A DNA stretch of 64,000 bases, taken from contig CAVPXI010000007.1 in assembly GCA_963709585.1 (NCBI GenBank), positions 160,001 through 224,000 on the forward strand, read 5' to 3'. The DNA is from Candidatus Dormiibacterota bacterium (GTDB lineage Bacteria; Chloroflexota; Dormibacteria; Aeolococcales; Aeolococcaceae). A program made the position numbers and the translations under genes. Positions 10,364 through 19,920 of this stretch are shown here, piece after piece (position 1 is the first letter of the stretch; each line of letters starts with the position of its first letter). The notes beneath the pieces are model-generated. The model was not told where the DNA came from, ran no database searches, and saw only the letters and a list, made by a program, of their open reading frames with translations.

Positions 10364-10779
10364 GAAGCCGCGGAGAGCATCTGCGCAACGCGGATGTGGT
10401 TGCCGAACGGGTCGCGCAGGCCGAAGTCGATGCCATATGGTTGTTCCGTCGGTTCCTGAGTGAATTCGACACCCTTGGCAGCAAGCTCGTCATATGTCTT
10501 GCGGGCGTCGGACGTCGTGAAGAACAGGTGGCCACCGGTTCGACCCTTGGTCAGCAGTGAGCGAACCTCATCGGCTGTCGCCGGATCCATTGCCGGCGGT
10601 CCGGGCTTCTCGAGCATGATCTGGCGCTCGGGGTCACCGGGGAGGCTGACCGTGAGGAATCGCATGAAGCCGAGATCCTGGTCGGTGTTGATCTCCAGTC
10701 CGAGCTTCCCGACGTAGAAGTCAACCGCCTGATCCTGATCAAGCACGTAGATTTGCGAGATCCTGAGACTGCTGAGCAT
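10360..10779 (-). CDS. VOC/glyoxalase family protein
   Basis: 'VLDQDQAVDFYVGKLG', 'RDPFGN'. Confidence 0.92.
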   Translation of the reverse strand: MLSSLRISQIYVLDQDQAVDFYVGKLGLEINTDQDLGFMRFLTVSLPGDPERQIMLEKPGPPAMDPATADEVRSLLTKGRTGGHLFFTTSDARKTYDELAAKGVEFTQEPTEQPYGIDFGLRDPFGNHIRVAQMLSAAS

Positions 10780-10824
10780 GCCGCTGTTCCCTTGTCGCGT
10801 TGCGCGGTGAATGGTGCCCCAACG

Positions 10825-11247
10825 CTACCCGTTTGCTGAGCGGTCGTCTTCTCCAAAACTGCTCGGTCTGGTCCAGGCCATGGCGAAGCAGGTCGGAACC
10901 GCGATCACCTCACCGCGCCGCCGATACTCCGTCGGCGACTCGCCGACGATGACGTGGAACGTGGTGCTGAACGTTCCCAAACTCGTGAAGCCGACGTCGA
11001 AGCAGATGTCGGTGATGCTGCGATCCGTGCAGCGCAGCAGGTAGAGCGCTCGCTCGACGCGCCGGCGCTGCAGGTAGCGATGCGGAGTCTCTCCAAACGT
11101 CGCCCGAAACGCGCGAATGAAATGGGCCTTGGACACGCACGCAATGCGCGCAAGGGTGGGGATGTCGAGCGGCCGGCCGTAGCTGAGATCCATGGCGTCG
11201 CGCGCTCGAAGCAGCCGCCGATTGGACTCCTCGACTGCCCGGGTCAT
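10825..11247 (-). CDS. Small AraC family regulator
   Basis: 'FRATFGETPHRYL', 'ICFDVGFTSLGTFS'. Confidence 0.92.
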   Translation of the reverse strand: MTRAVEESNRRLLRARDAMDLSYGRPLDIPTLARIACVSKAHFIRAFRATFGETPHRYLQRRRVERALYLLRCTDRSITDICFDVGFTSLGTFSTTFHVIVGESPTEYRRRGEVIAVPTCFAMAWTRPSSFGEDDRSANG

Positions 11248-11591
11248 CGAACGCTGGACTGCTTCCCCGGGAGGGATCGCGCATACGCGACACCTTCCTC
11301 CACCCACCGTTGCAGCTGTGGCCTGGTTCGAAGGCCGTCGGCGTCGACCCGCAGCCAACCGGGCATCTCGCGTCCGCGCATCACCGCGATCTGCGCGTGC
11401 GCCCGGCCGGCCAGCTCGTCCGTCTTGTCAGGGTCGACGCGCACCAGGGCTCCGCCCTGTCCGCTCGCGCTGATCGCCATGTTGCCGCCGATCAGGAAGG
11501 CCAGGCCGCCGAACATTCGCTTCTCGGTCACGCCCGCCTCGCCTCCCACCAGCTCGCGGATGCGCACCGCCAGATCTTCGTCGAAAGCCAC
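11244..11591 (-). CDS. TfoX/Sxy N-terminal domain protein
   Basis: 'EKRMFGGLAFL', 'MRGREMPGWL'. Confidence 0.88.
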   Translation of the reverse strand: MAFDEDLAVRIRELVGGEAGVTEKRMFGGLAFLIGGNMAISASGQGGALVRVDPDKTDELAGRAHAQIAVMRGREMPGWLRVDADGLRTRPQLQRWVEEGVAYARSLPGKQSSVR

Positions 11592-11675
11592 GCTCTCATT
11601 TTCGGGCACCGGGCAGCCGTCTGGCTCGCGACCGGCGATGCGATTCACCGGGCCGACCCGTGCGGCTCGGGCGCC

Positions 11676-11707
11676 GCAATCGGACTGCAATGGGCCGGAC
11701 GCACGAT
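11676..11707 (+). promoter_or_regulatory. Putative SARP-type activator site (GCAAT direct repeat, 11-bp period) plus -10 CACGAT
   Basis: Same geometry as the element at 17564-17597 on the other side of the SARP gene. Confidence 0.45.
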
Positions 11708-11739
11708 GCCGGAACGTCGTACAACATCAGGAGCACGCC

Positions 11740-12123
11740 ATGACCAATCCAGTCGACAGGTTCACCCAGGCCGTCGAAACCGCCTCCATCGGCGGAGCCG
11801 GCGTCTTCGCGCCGGATGCGGTGCTCGATGCGACCGTTCCCCACTGGCGCTTCACCGTCAACGGGGCCGACAACATCGAGGCCGAGCTCGGTCGCTGGTA
11901 CGCCGACCCCGGACGCTTCGAGGAGATCCGCCGGACCATCCTCCCGGATGGTGAGCTCGTGGAATTCGTGCTCACCTGGGAGGAGGACGGCGAACCCCAT
12001 ATGTGTCATCAAGCACATCACATCGAGCTCGTTGACGGTCTGATCACCCGCGACCGCGCCTGGTGCGGCGGCAGGTGGGGAGCGGCGCTCCAGGCGGAGA
12101 TGGCCGAGGCCGCGCGTCTGTGA
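11740..12123 (+). CDS. SnoaL-like / NTF2 family protein
   Basis: AGGAG RBS; 'FAPDAVLDATVP', 'LVDGLIT'. Confidence 0.8.
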   Translation: MTNPVDRFTQAVETASIGGAGVFAPDAVLDATVPHWRFTVNGADNIEAELGRWYADPGRFEEIRRTILPDGELVEFVLTWEEDGEPHMCHQAHHIELVDGLITRDRAWCGGRWGAALQAEMAEAARL

Positions 12124-13127
12124 CCGCCACGACATCGCAGACCCGGACGGTCCCCATGGCCGACTCGGTCGACCAGCTGCTCCAGCGCGTTCAGCAGCGC
12201 GAACCGTGGAAGACGGCGGATTCGCTCTCGGGCAGCCGTTTCGAGCGTGTTGTCATCGACGAGGTTCCTCACGTGGTGAAGTACATCTCGGTCGACGACG
12301 ACTGGATCATGCGTGCGACCGGCGATTTCGGCTGCCGCCAGTTGACTCTGCTGTCGTCCGGCGTGCTCGGGTCCCTCCCCGAGTTGATCGATCACACGAT
12401 CGCCGGCTACGCGCCGTTCATCTCCAGCCGCGGTCATCGGGGCGTCGCGCTGCTGATGCGTGACGTGTCCGAATCACTCATACCCCCCGGCAGCGAGCCG
12501 ATCGCCATGGACCACCATCGCGGCTTCGTCGAGGACATGGCGTCGCTCCATGCGGCCTACTGGGGGTTCCGTGACACCTCGGGGCTGTTCCCGCTATCCC
12601 ACCACTACGTCATCCTGACTCCGACGATGGCCGAGCTCGAAGCCGCCACGCCGCATGCGGACCCGGTACCGCCTGCGGTTGGGGACGGATGGCGGCGGCT
12701 GGGCGAGCGCTACCCCGCAGAGGCGCGGAGGCTTCGCGAGCTCGCGCGCGACCCATGGCCGCTGGTCGTCGCCCTCAGCGCGGGACCGCAGACCCTCATC
12801 CATGGCGACTGGAAGCTCGGCAATCTCGGCCGCGATGGAGCGCGGACTATCCTGCTCGACTGGGATCGCACCGGCGAGGGGCCCCCTCTCGTCGACCTCG
12901 CCTGGTACCTGGCCGTCAACTGCGACCGGCTTCCGGAGTCCAAGGAGGACTCCATCGGCGCGTACCGGGCCAGCCTCGAGTCCGCCGGCATCTCCACAGG
13001 ATCGTGGTGGGACGAGCAGCTCGCAGCCGCCCTGGCCGGAGCTTTTCTGCAGCTGGCCTGGTCGAAGACCGACGACGCGGCCGAGTTCGGCTGGTGGAGC
13101 GATCGTCTCGCCGCATGGAATCCCTGA
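12120..13127 (+). CDS. Aminoglycoside phosphotransferase / choline-kinase-like kinase
   Basis: HGDWKLGN Brenner motif, LLDW; coupled GTGA start. Confidence 0.85.
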   Translation: MTATTSQTRTVPMADSVDQLLQRVQQREPWKTADSLSGSRFERVVIDEVPHVVKYISVDDDWIMRATGDFGCRQLTLLSSGVLGSLPELIDHTIAGYAPFISSRGHRGVALLMRDVSESLIPPGSEPIAMDHHRGFVEDMASLHAAYWGFRDTSGLFPLSHHYVILTPTMAELEAATPHADPVPPAVGDGWRRLGERYPAEARRLRELARDPWPLVVALSAGPQTLIHGDWKLGNLGRDGARTILLDWDRTGEGPPLVDLAWYLAVNCDRLPESKEDSIGAYRASLESAGISTGSWWDEQLAAALAGAFLQLAWSKTDDAAEFGWWSDRLAAWNP

Positions 13128-13915
13128 CCGCCCGACAAAGCAACTCCTATCAGGGCACGGCAGTCGCATGGGCTCGTGGCCCAGCTGCGCTGTACGACAA
13201 GCTGGCGTCGATCGCGATCGACAGGGTCGCGAGCCAGATCCGGGGAGCCAGAGTCCTCGACGTCGGCGCCGGTACTGGTGCGCTGTGCCGTGCGCTACGA
13301 ACGGCGGGAGCGATCCCGACGGCCGTCGATATGTCCAGCGACATGCTCGGCCTCATCGGCGATGCAGCAACGGTTTTGGTGGTCGGCGACATGTGCGCGC
13401 TGCCTTTCTCCAGCGAACGGTTCGACGCGGCGGTGAGTGGCTTCGCGATATCGCACATCGACACGCCTGAGCGAGCGTTGACCGAGATGCGTCGCGTGGT
13501 GCGACCCGGTGGGCAGGTCGTCGCCGCGGTGTTTGGCGCAGCGCCTGCGAGCGCATCGAAAGACGCCGTCGACGAGGTCGCTCGTGGCTTCGGGTTTCGC
13601 CCACCGGCCTGGTACCTCGAGCTGAAGACGCGCACCGAGCCGCTGTCGAACACGCCGGCGCTGCTCCGGGGCTGCGCCGAGGCCGCCGGGCTGGAGGAGA
13701 TCGATGTGGCGGACATGACCGTGGACTCCGGGCTCAACTCACCCGAGGCGATCACCGCATATCGCACCGGGCTAGCGCACGTCGCACCGTTCGTCGCATC
13801 CCTGCCCGCGCCGCGGCGCACCGAGTTCGTCGACCGTGCGGTCGCCGCAGTGCGGGAACGCGGTCAACCGCTGCGACCGCGCATCCTGGTGCTCTCGAGT
13901 CGCGTTCCCGCGTAG
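13115..13915 (+). CDS. Class I SAM-dependent methyltransferase
   Basis: VLDVGAGTG, 'LPFSSERFD', 'VVRPGG'. Confidence 0.9.
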   Translation: MESLTARQSNSYQGTAVAWARGPAALYDKLASIAIDRVASQIRGARVLDVGAGTGALCRALRTAGAIPTAVDMSSDMLGLIGDAATVLVVGDMCALPFSSERFDAAVSGFAISHIDTPERALTEMRRVVRPGGQVVAAVFGAAPASASKDAVDEVARGFGFRPPAWYLELKTRTEPLSNTPALLRGCAEAAGLEEIDVADMTVDSGLNSPEAITAYRTGLAHVAPFVASLPAPRRTEFVDRAVAAVRERGQPLRPRILVLSSRVPA

Positions 13916-16900
13916 GCGAGAAACGCTGCGCGTGCGGGTGTGTCGAGATGCGCCGCCAGCCGGTCGCGTTGCGCAGCCGCAAGCTCGTAACAGACCTCGG
14001 ACCCGAGCGACGCGCCGAGTTCCGCCATGACCCACCAGGCTTCGACGCCCGCAACCGCGGACAGCGACGAGCTCAGCTCGGCGAGCGCGTCCGCCTCGGG
14101 CGCGCGCGCCCCCATTGCCGCCCGGGCCTGGAGTCGAAGCACCTCGCCGAGCTGCGCGTAGCGCGGCGCGTATCGATCGGTCGCGGAGGCGATGAGCCGC
14201 TCTGAGATGGCAAGCGCCGCGTCGGGGTCGTTCTTCAACAGCGCGATCCTTCCTTCGAGGAGGTCCACGCGCAACTCGTGGCGCCAGCGGTACGCGTACA
14301 CGTCATGCATGAGCGTTCGCGCCGACTCGATCGCACGATTCGCGGTCGCGGCATCGCCTTCGGCGATCGCATCGTCGCAGGGGTCGAGCAACGCGTAGAC
14401 CTCGAGATCGCGATACGCGGAATCGCGGGCACCTTCGAGCGCTTCCTCGTTGCTCGCACGTGCTCGGGCGATGTCCCCGATGTTGCGAAGTACCCAGGCG
14501 CCGAGGTTCACACCGAGCGCGGCATACCGGGTCAGGCCTCGCCGGCGCCCTTCGGCAGACGCGCGCTCGAGGGTGCCGAGGGCTTCGCCGGCGCGACCGC
14601 ACGTCGCAAGCGCATACCCATGCGCGAGATAGCCATGCACCGGCGTGTAGATCGTGGACACGGCGTCGGTCGCGGCGTACGGGCTTGCCTCGATGGCGCT
14701 GATCGCAAGACCCGCCTCTCCCATGTGCACCTTCAGAAACGCGTACACGGAGGTGGGCTGACGAAGCCGGTGCTTGCGGCACGCGGCCATCGCCCGCTCC
14801 ATGAGGTCATCCGCACCCTCCACATCACCGAGCGCATGCAGCGATCGCGCGCGGATCAGCTGGCCCTGCACCTGCTGAGCCGGTTCGCTCGCCTGCTGGA
14901 TCAACGCCTCGCCGAGCGTCGCGGCGCGTTCGAAATTCCTGCAGTAGTAGGCGACCGACCCGGCGACCTCCAGCGCCCGGGAATCAGCGGTGCTCTCGAT
15001 CGCGTGTTCCGCATCCGATTGCGCAGCTTCGTAGCGAGTGAGACGCAGCTCCACCACGGCACGCTGGATGCGGGCGTCCGAGGTGTCATCGGCATCAATC
15101 GCTTCGGTGGCGAGGTCCAGCGCCGTCGCGTAGTCGAATCGATCGGCGGCGATGCGGCTCGCCGCCGTCAATGCCGCCGACGCGATGGTGCGCGCGCCGC
15201 TGAGCCTCGCGTGGTGGGCGACGAGCAGCGGGTCCGCGCCGGGCGTTCCGGACAGCACACGAGCGGCTTCGCGGTGGAGGAGTGCGCGCCGCGGCGACGC
15301 AGTGGACGCTTCGAGGACCTCGCGCACGAGGGCGTGGCGGAACCCGTAGGCGCCGTCGCGCGCCTCGAGCAAACCGAGGCGCACTCCAACATCGAGATCC
15401 TCGAGTAGCCGGATCGGATCGGTTCTGAGCACGGCCGCGAGGACGTCGATGTCGATGGATGCCCCGAGGACCGCCGCGCTCATCACGGTCCTGGTCGCAG
15501 TGCCGGCTTCAGTGCAGCGCTCGAGCACTGCGGCCTGGATGGATTCCGGAGGTGCGGCGCGTTCGTCGCTCGACGCCAGCTGGGTCAGAAAGAGCGCATT
15601 GCCGCCGCTGCGCTCGTGCAGCCGGGCGGCCTGCTCGTCTCCGACGATCTGTCTCGCCGCCTCGAGCGACAGCGGGGAAAGCACCAGGCGGGTCGCCTCG
15701 GGCGGTACCTCACCTTCACCGGTACGGCGGGTGAGCAACACCAACACGGACATGTCCGGGCTGGTGATCAGCTCGGCGATCCAGGCCCGTGATAGCGAAT
15801 CGGCGCGCTGGATGTCGTCGATGAAGAGCACCGCCGGCGACGTGCACGCCCGGCGCACGACCCGCCGCAGGGCGGCGAAGACGACGGCGATGCCCGCCGG
15901 CGAGGAGGCCTCCGCTTGGGTGATGTCGGCCACCGGCTCGCCGTCGGTCGACGTCCAGTCGAGCATCGGCTCGAGCAGCGTCGCGTCCGCGCCGAGCAGC
16001 TCGCGTCCGATGTCCATGCCGACCATGCGGAGATGGTTGCGGACCATGCGTAGCACGGGCTGCAGCGGCAGTGACCTGCTCAGCTGGTCGCAGCGCGCGC
16101 TGAGCACGACGGTCTCGGGGCCGAGGCGATCGATCCACGCGGACGCGACCGCCGTCTTGCCGATACCTGGCTCTCCCTCGATCACCACCGCCACCGGGGT
16201 CCCGTTGTGCGCGCGGAGAAACGCGTCGTCGAGCAGGCGCAGCTCGTCGTCACGACCGGGCAGGTCGATTCCGCCACGCTCGACGCGCGGACGTGACTGC
16301 GGTGACGCCACGACGATGCCGGGAACCGGAAGTCCCTTGAGCACCGCGACGTGCGCGGCGTCGGTCTGCTCGGAGGGTGAGGTGCCGAGCTCGTCGGCGA
16401 GGCGCACCCGCATCCGCTCATACATCGCCAGTGCCGATGAGGATCTGCCCTGAGCCGCCAGGGCAGCCATCACCAGGCGCAACGACTCCTCGTCGTAGGC
16501 ATCCTCGTCGAGAGCCTGCTCGGCGGCCTCGACTCCGGTGGCAAGGTCCCCGGCCGCGAGCGCGGCGCGCGCGACCAGGTGACGGGCTCGGGCACAGAGC
16601 CGCTCGACCGCTCGCCGGTCCTCCGGCGGCCACGCCTCGTCGTCGAGCGCGGGATGACCGAGCAGCGCCCGCGCGGCCGCAGCCGCGGCGAGAGCCGGTG
16701 CCGGCTCGTGCTCACGCAAACGGCGATCTGCTTCGGATTGCAACTCGGACGCCGCGGTCAGATCAACCCAGTCCGCGTGCAGTGCGTAGCCCGCATCGCT
16801 GTGGCTGATGCGTGCGGCGCCGAGAACGCCCCGCAGGCGGCTCATGATCACCGCCAGTTGGGCCGGTGGATCGCGAGGCTGGTCATCGAGCCAGAGGACG

Positions 16901-17091
16901 TCAGCCAGTCGTTCGATGCTGACCGGACGTCCCTGCGCGATGCCGAGCATCCGGAGCGCCAGCCGCGCCTTGCGGCTGCCGAGCTGATGCTCGGCAAACC
17001 CCTCGACCGAGAGCCCGTCGATGACGCGAACGCGCACCGCGTCCGGCGGCGAGGCCGGGCGCACCGACGGCGGCGCCTCGGCGCGGACCAC
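13864..17091 (-). CDS. SARP (wHTH-BTAD) + AAA ATPase + TPR regulator
   Basis: N-terminal BTAD 'DAYDEE..ELGTSPS', Walker A GEPGIGKT, FIDD, 'SGGNALF', 'YGFRHALVRE'. Confidence 0.88.
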   Translation of the reverse strand: MVRAEAPPSVRPASPPDAVRVRVIDGLSVEGFAEHQLGSRKARLALRMLGIAQGRPVSIERLADVLWLDDQPRDPPAQLAVIMSRLRGVLGAARISHSDAGYALHADWVDLTAASELQSEADRRLREHEPAPALAAAAAARALLGHPALDDEAWPPEDRRAVERLCARARHLVARAALAAGDLATGVEAAEQALDEDAYDEESLRLVMAALAAQGRSSSALAMYERMRVRLADELGTSPSEQTDAAHVAVLKGLPVPGIVVASPQSRPRVERGGIDLPGRDDELRLLDDAFLRAHNGTPVAVVIEGEPGIGKTAVASAWIDRLGPETVVLSARCDQLSRSLPLQPVLRMVRNHLRMVGMDIGRELLGADATLLEPMLDWTSTDGEPVADITQAEASSPAGIAVVFAALRRVVRRACTSPAVLFIDDIQRADSLSRAWIAELITSPDMSVLVLLTRRTGEGEVPPEATRLVLSPLSLEAARQIVGDEQAARLHERSGGNALFLTQLASSDERAAPPESIQAAVLERCTEAGTATRTVMSAAVLGASIDIDVLAAVLRTDPIRLLEDLDVGVRLGLLEARDGAYGFRHALVREVLEASTASPRRALLHREAARVLSGTPGADPLLVAHHARLSGARTIASAALTAASRIAADRFDYATALDLATEAIDADDTSDARIQRAVVELRLTRYEAAQSDAEHAIESTADSRALEVAGSVAYYCRNFERAATLGEALIQQASEPAQQVQGQLIRARSLHALGDVEGADDLMERAMAACRKHRLRQPTSVYAFLKVHMGEAGLAISAIEASPYAATDAVSTIYTPVHGYLAHGYALATCGRAGEALGTLERASAEGRRRGLTRYAALGVNLGAWVLRNIGDIARARASNEEALEGARDSAYRDLEVYALLDPCDDAIAEGDAATANRAIESARTLMHDVYAYRWRHELRVDLLEGRIALLKNDPDAALAISERLIASATDRYAPRYAQLGEVLRLQARAAMGARAPEADALAELSSSLSAVAGVEAWWVMAELGASLGSEVCYELAAAQRDRLAAHLDTPARAAFLAYAGTRLESTRMRGRSG

Positions 17092-17146
17092 GGCACCAAG
17101 GATACGTGCCGCAGGTCCGCGCGAGGAAAGCCTTACCGGTGCGGAA

Positions 17147-17512
17147 TCACGCCTTCCCGTAGTTGCTCGCGCCGTTCCAGTCGATGAGCACGACGGGCTC
17201 GTCGCCGATCACCCAGGCATCGTGGCCCGAGGGAAGCGCGGTGATGTCGCCGGTGCGCGCGTCGAACTCGCTGCCGTCCGCCATCTGGATGCGCAGCACG
17301 CCGGAAGCGTGGTACTGAAAGTGCGGCGCCTCGCACAGCTCGGTCCCCGCGATCGGTTTGACGTGCACCGACCACCGCCATCCGGGCTCGAGGGTCAGCC
17401 GCCCGACCGTGCCCCCACCGATGTTGACGAGATCGACGCGGCCCTTCTCGAAAACCCGCTCCTCGTCGGGGCGTCCCAGGGTCTTCTGTTCCGCCGTTGC
17501 TGTGGCTGGCAT
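17147..17512 (-). CDS. Cupin domain protein
   Basis: GGAGG RBS; 'LEPGWRWS..C..PH', 'PSGHDAWV'. Confidence 0.88.
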   Translation of the reverse strand: MPATATAEQKTLGRPDEERVFEKGRVDLVNIGGGTVGRLTLEPGWRWSVHVKPIAGTELCEAPHFQYHASGVLRIQMADGSEFDARTGDITALPSGHDAWVIGDEPVVLIDWNGASNYGKA

Positions 17513-17563
17513 GTCATGCCTCCCGTGAAAAGCTGTCGCGCCGTCAGCGGCGCCTCGAGACGC

Positions 17564-17597
17564 ATGCTGCGCACCGCCGATTGCAGGTTCCATGCAG
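17564..17597 (-). promoter_or_regulatory. Putative SARP-type activator site (TGCA direct repeat, 11-bp period) plus -10 CAGCAT
   Basis: Minus strand CTGCATGGAACCTGCAAT-N10-CAGCAT upstream of the cupin gene. Confidence 0.45.
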
Positions 17598-17645
17598 TCC
17601 GCGACGGCCTCGAGAGGTAGCGCATCTCGGCCTGATGGCCGCCGG

Positions 17646-18305
17646 TCAGGCGGAAGCGTCTCCCGTCTGCGGCGCCACGGGTGCGCCGGAGGCTCCGTGA
17701 CGGAGGCCGTCGAACAGCAGTCCCACCAGGCGGTCGGAGGCTTCCGAGCGCTCCTGGTCGGTCGACATGCAGATGCCGCCGACGGCACGCAGCAGATCTC
17801 CGCCATCGACGTCGGCGCGGACCGTGCCGGCGGCGACGCCGGCCTCGAGGAGCTTTGTCGCTGCCGCGGTGGCTCGCCCGCGCGTCTGAGCGGAGAAGTT
17901 CGGATTTGAGCTCAACATCGGCTTGAGCGCGGACAGCATGCCCCGCTTGGTGGCCACGTGGCGGACGAACAGCTGCATCCACTCAGCCAGCGCCTCGTCG
18001 GGGGTCGATGTCTCGAGGAGCTCGTCCGCGCGCTCGCACAGGACGTCGACCTCGTGCAGGTACACGGCTTCCACGAGAGCGTCACGGGTGGGGAAATGGC
18101 GGTACAGGGTGCCGATACCGACGCCCGCACCGCGAGCGATGTCCTCGAGCGAGACGTCGGCGCCGCGGGCGGCGAACGCCTCGGCGGCTGCGGCGATCAG
18201 CAGATCGCGATTGCGCACCGCGTCGGCACGGGGACGGCGATCAGCGGACGCCGAATCGGCGGGCTCGATTGCCCCGCTCTCAGCCACCGCGACTTCACGT
18301 CCCAT
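17646..18305 (-). CDS. TetR/AcrR family regulator
   Basis: 'RADAVRNR', 'GVGIGTLYRHFPTR'; start codon uncertain. Confidence 0.92.
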   Translation of the reverse strand: MGREVAVAESGAIEPADSASADRRPRADAVRNRDLLIAAAAEAFAARGADVSLEDIARGAGVGIGTLYRHFPTRDALVEAVYLHEVDVLCERADELLETSTPDEALAEWMQLFVRHVATKRGMLSALKPMLSSNPNFSAQTRGRATAAATKLLEAGVAAGTVRADVDGGDLLRAVGGICMSTDQERSEASDRLVGLLFDGLRHGASGAPVAPQTGDASA

Positions 18306-18327
18306 ACCAGACCACCAGAACCTCAGG

Positions 18328-18356
18328 TTGCAAAACGGAGGCAACCTCCGTATAAT
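18328..18356 (+). promoter_or_regulatory. Sigma70-type promoter of the MFS gene with an embedded TetR operator
   Basis: TTGCAA-N17-TATAAT; palindrome ACGGAGG-CAA-CCTCCGT at 18335-18351; weaker second site just downstream. Confidence 0.85.
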
Positions 18357-18402
18357 CCGGAGGAAGCGTCCGTTTCATAAGTCTACCCCACCGGAGGTTC
18401 CC

Positions 18403-19920
18403 ATGTCAGCAACCGCCACTCTCGTCGCCCCGCCCGGCCGGGCAACCCAGCGCCAGCCGCGTCGAGGCCTGGTGCTCGGCATCATCCTGGCCGTCCAGCT
18501 GATGGTTGTCCTCGACGCCACGATCGTGAACATCGCCCTGCCCGACATCGCCGGCGCGCTGCACTTCTCGCCGGCGAACCTGTCGTGGGTGATCACCGCC
18601 TACACCCTGGCCTTCGGAGGCTTCCTCCTCCTCGGTGCCCGGGCCGGCGACCTGCTCGGCCGGCGGCGGGTGTTCATCGCGGGGATCGCGCTCTTCACCC
18701 TGGCGTCGTTCCTCGGCGGCCTGGCATCGTGGAGCGGCTGGCTGCTCGCGGCTCGCGCCCTTCAGGGTGTGGGCGGCGCACTGGCGGCGCCGTCGGCGCT
18801 GGCGCTACTGATGACCATGTTCCAGGACGGACAGGAGCGGGTGCGCGCGATCGGCTGGTACGCCGCCGTCTCCATCGGTGGCGGCGCCATCGGCCTGATC
18901 CTCGGGGGATTGCTGGTCCAATGGGCGTCCTGGCGATGGGTGCTCTTCGTCAACGTGCCGATTGGCATCGTGGTGATCGCGCTCGCACGCCGCCTGCTCG
19001 TCGAGACCCCCAGCCGAAACGGCCACTTCGATGTGCGCGGCGCGCTCACCTCGACCATCGGCGTGACCTCGCTCGCCTACGGCTTCGTGCGCGCCGCAAC
19101 CTCGGGATGGGGCGACACCATCACCATCGCGGCGTTCGCCGCCGGCCTCGCACTGCTGGTGACCTTCGTGTTGCTCGAGCGGCGCGCGCCTGAGCCGATC
19201 ACGCCGCTGCGGCTCTTCGCCGACCGCAGCCGAAGCGCGTCGCACGTCGCGCGCCTCTTCATCACCGCCGGGATGTTCGGGATGTTCTTCTTCCTCACCC
19301 AGTTCCTTCAGGAGGTGCTGCACTACAGCCCGCTGCAGACCGGTCTGGCGTTCCTGCCGTTCACCGTCGCGCTGTTCGCGATGTCCCAGCTCAGCGCGCG
19401 GCGGCTGGTACAGCGATTCGGCGGCAAAACGATGATGGTGGTCGGGTTCACGATGTCGGCGAGCGGAATGGTCCTGATGACTCAGCTCGCTGCGTCGAGC
19501 AGCTACATCTCGTTGCTTGCGCCGCTGGTCCTGTTCGGCGCGGGCAATGGACTGGCGTTCGTGCCCCTGACCTCGACGTCGCTCAGCGGAGTGCGCCCCG
19601 AGGAGGCCGGCGCGGCGTCGGGGCTCGTCAACGTGATGCAGCAACTCGGCGGCGCGCTTGGACTCGCGGTGCTGGTCTCGGTGTTCGGAACCGCCGCGCG
19701 GGGAGCCGGCGTGCAGTCGGTGCTCGCGGCGCAGCGCGCCTTCGTGGTCGGCGCCGACCACGCGTTCATCGCGGCATCATTCTTCGTGAGCGCGACGGTC
19801 GTCGTTCTGGTTGTGGCGATCCGCGGGCGGCGGGCGGCCGCCCGCGCCGCCGCCACCGTCGCCGTGCCCTCGTGGGTGCGCGAGCTCGACGCGACGCCTA
19901 CCGCACTGATTGAGAGTTGA
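18403..19920 (+). CDS. DHA2-type (14-TMS) MFS efflux transporter
   Basis: 'LDATIVNIALP', 'GDLLGRRR', 'WRWVLFVNVPIG'. Confidence 0.93.
   Translation: MSATATLVAPPGRATQRQPRRGLVLGIILAVQLMVVLDATIVNIALPDIAGALHFSPANLSWVITAYTLAFGGFLLLGARAGDLLGRRRVFIAGIALFTLASFLGGLASWSGWLLAARALQGVGGALAAPSALALLMTMFQDGQERVRAIGWYAAVSIGGGAIGLILGGLLVQWASWRWVLFVNVPIGIVVIALARRLLVETPSRNGHFDVRGALTSTIGVTSLAYGFVRAATSGWGDTITIAAFAAGLALLVTFVLLERRAPEPITPLRLFADRSRSASHVARLFITAGMFGMFFFLTQFLQEVLHYSPLQTGLAFLPFTVALFAMSQLSARRLVQRFGGKTMMVVGFTMSASGMVLMTQLAASSSYISLLAPLVLFGAGNGLAFVPLTSTSLSGVRPEEAGAASGLVNVMQQLGGALGLAVLVSVFGTAARGAGVQSVLAAQRAFVVGADHAFIAASFFVSATVVVLVVAIRGRRAAARAAATVAVPSWVRELDATPTALIES

Noticed and set aside
13864-13915. Convergent 3' overlaps (also MFS/orn, iolB/DoxX)
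   Set aside because: Common in GC-rich genomes where stop codons are scarce.
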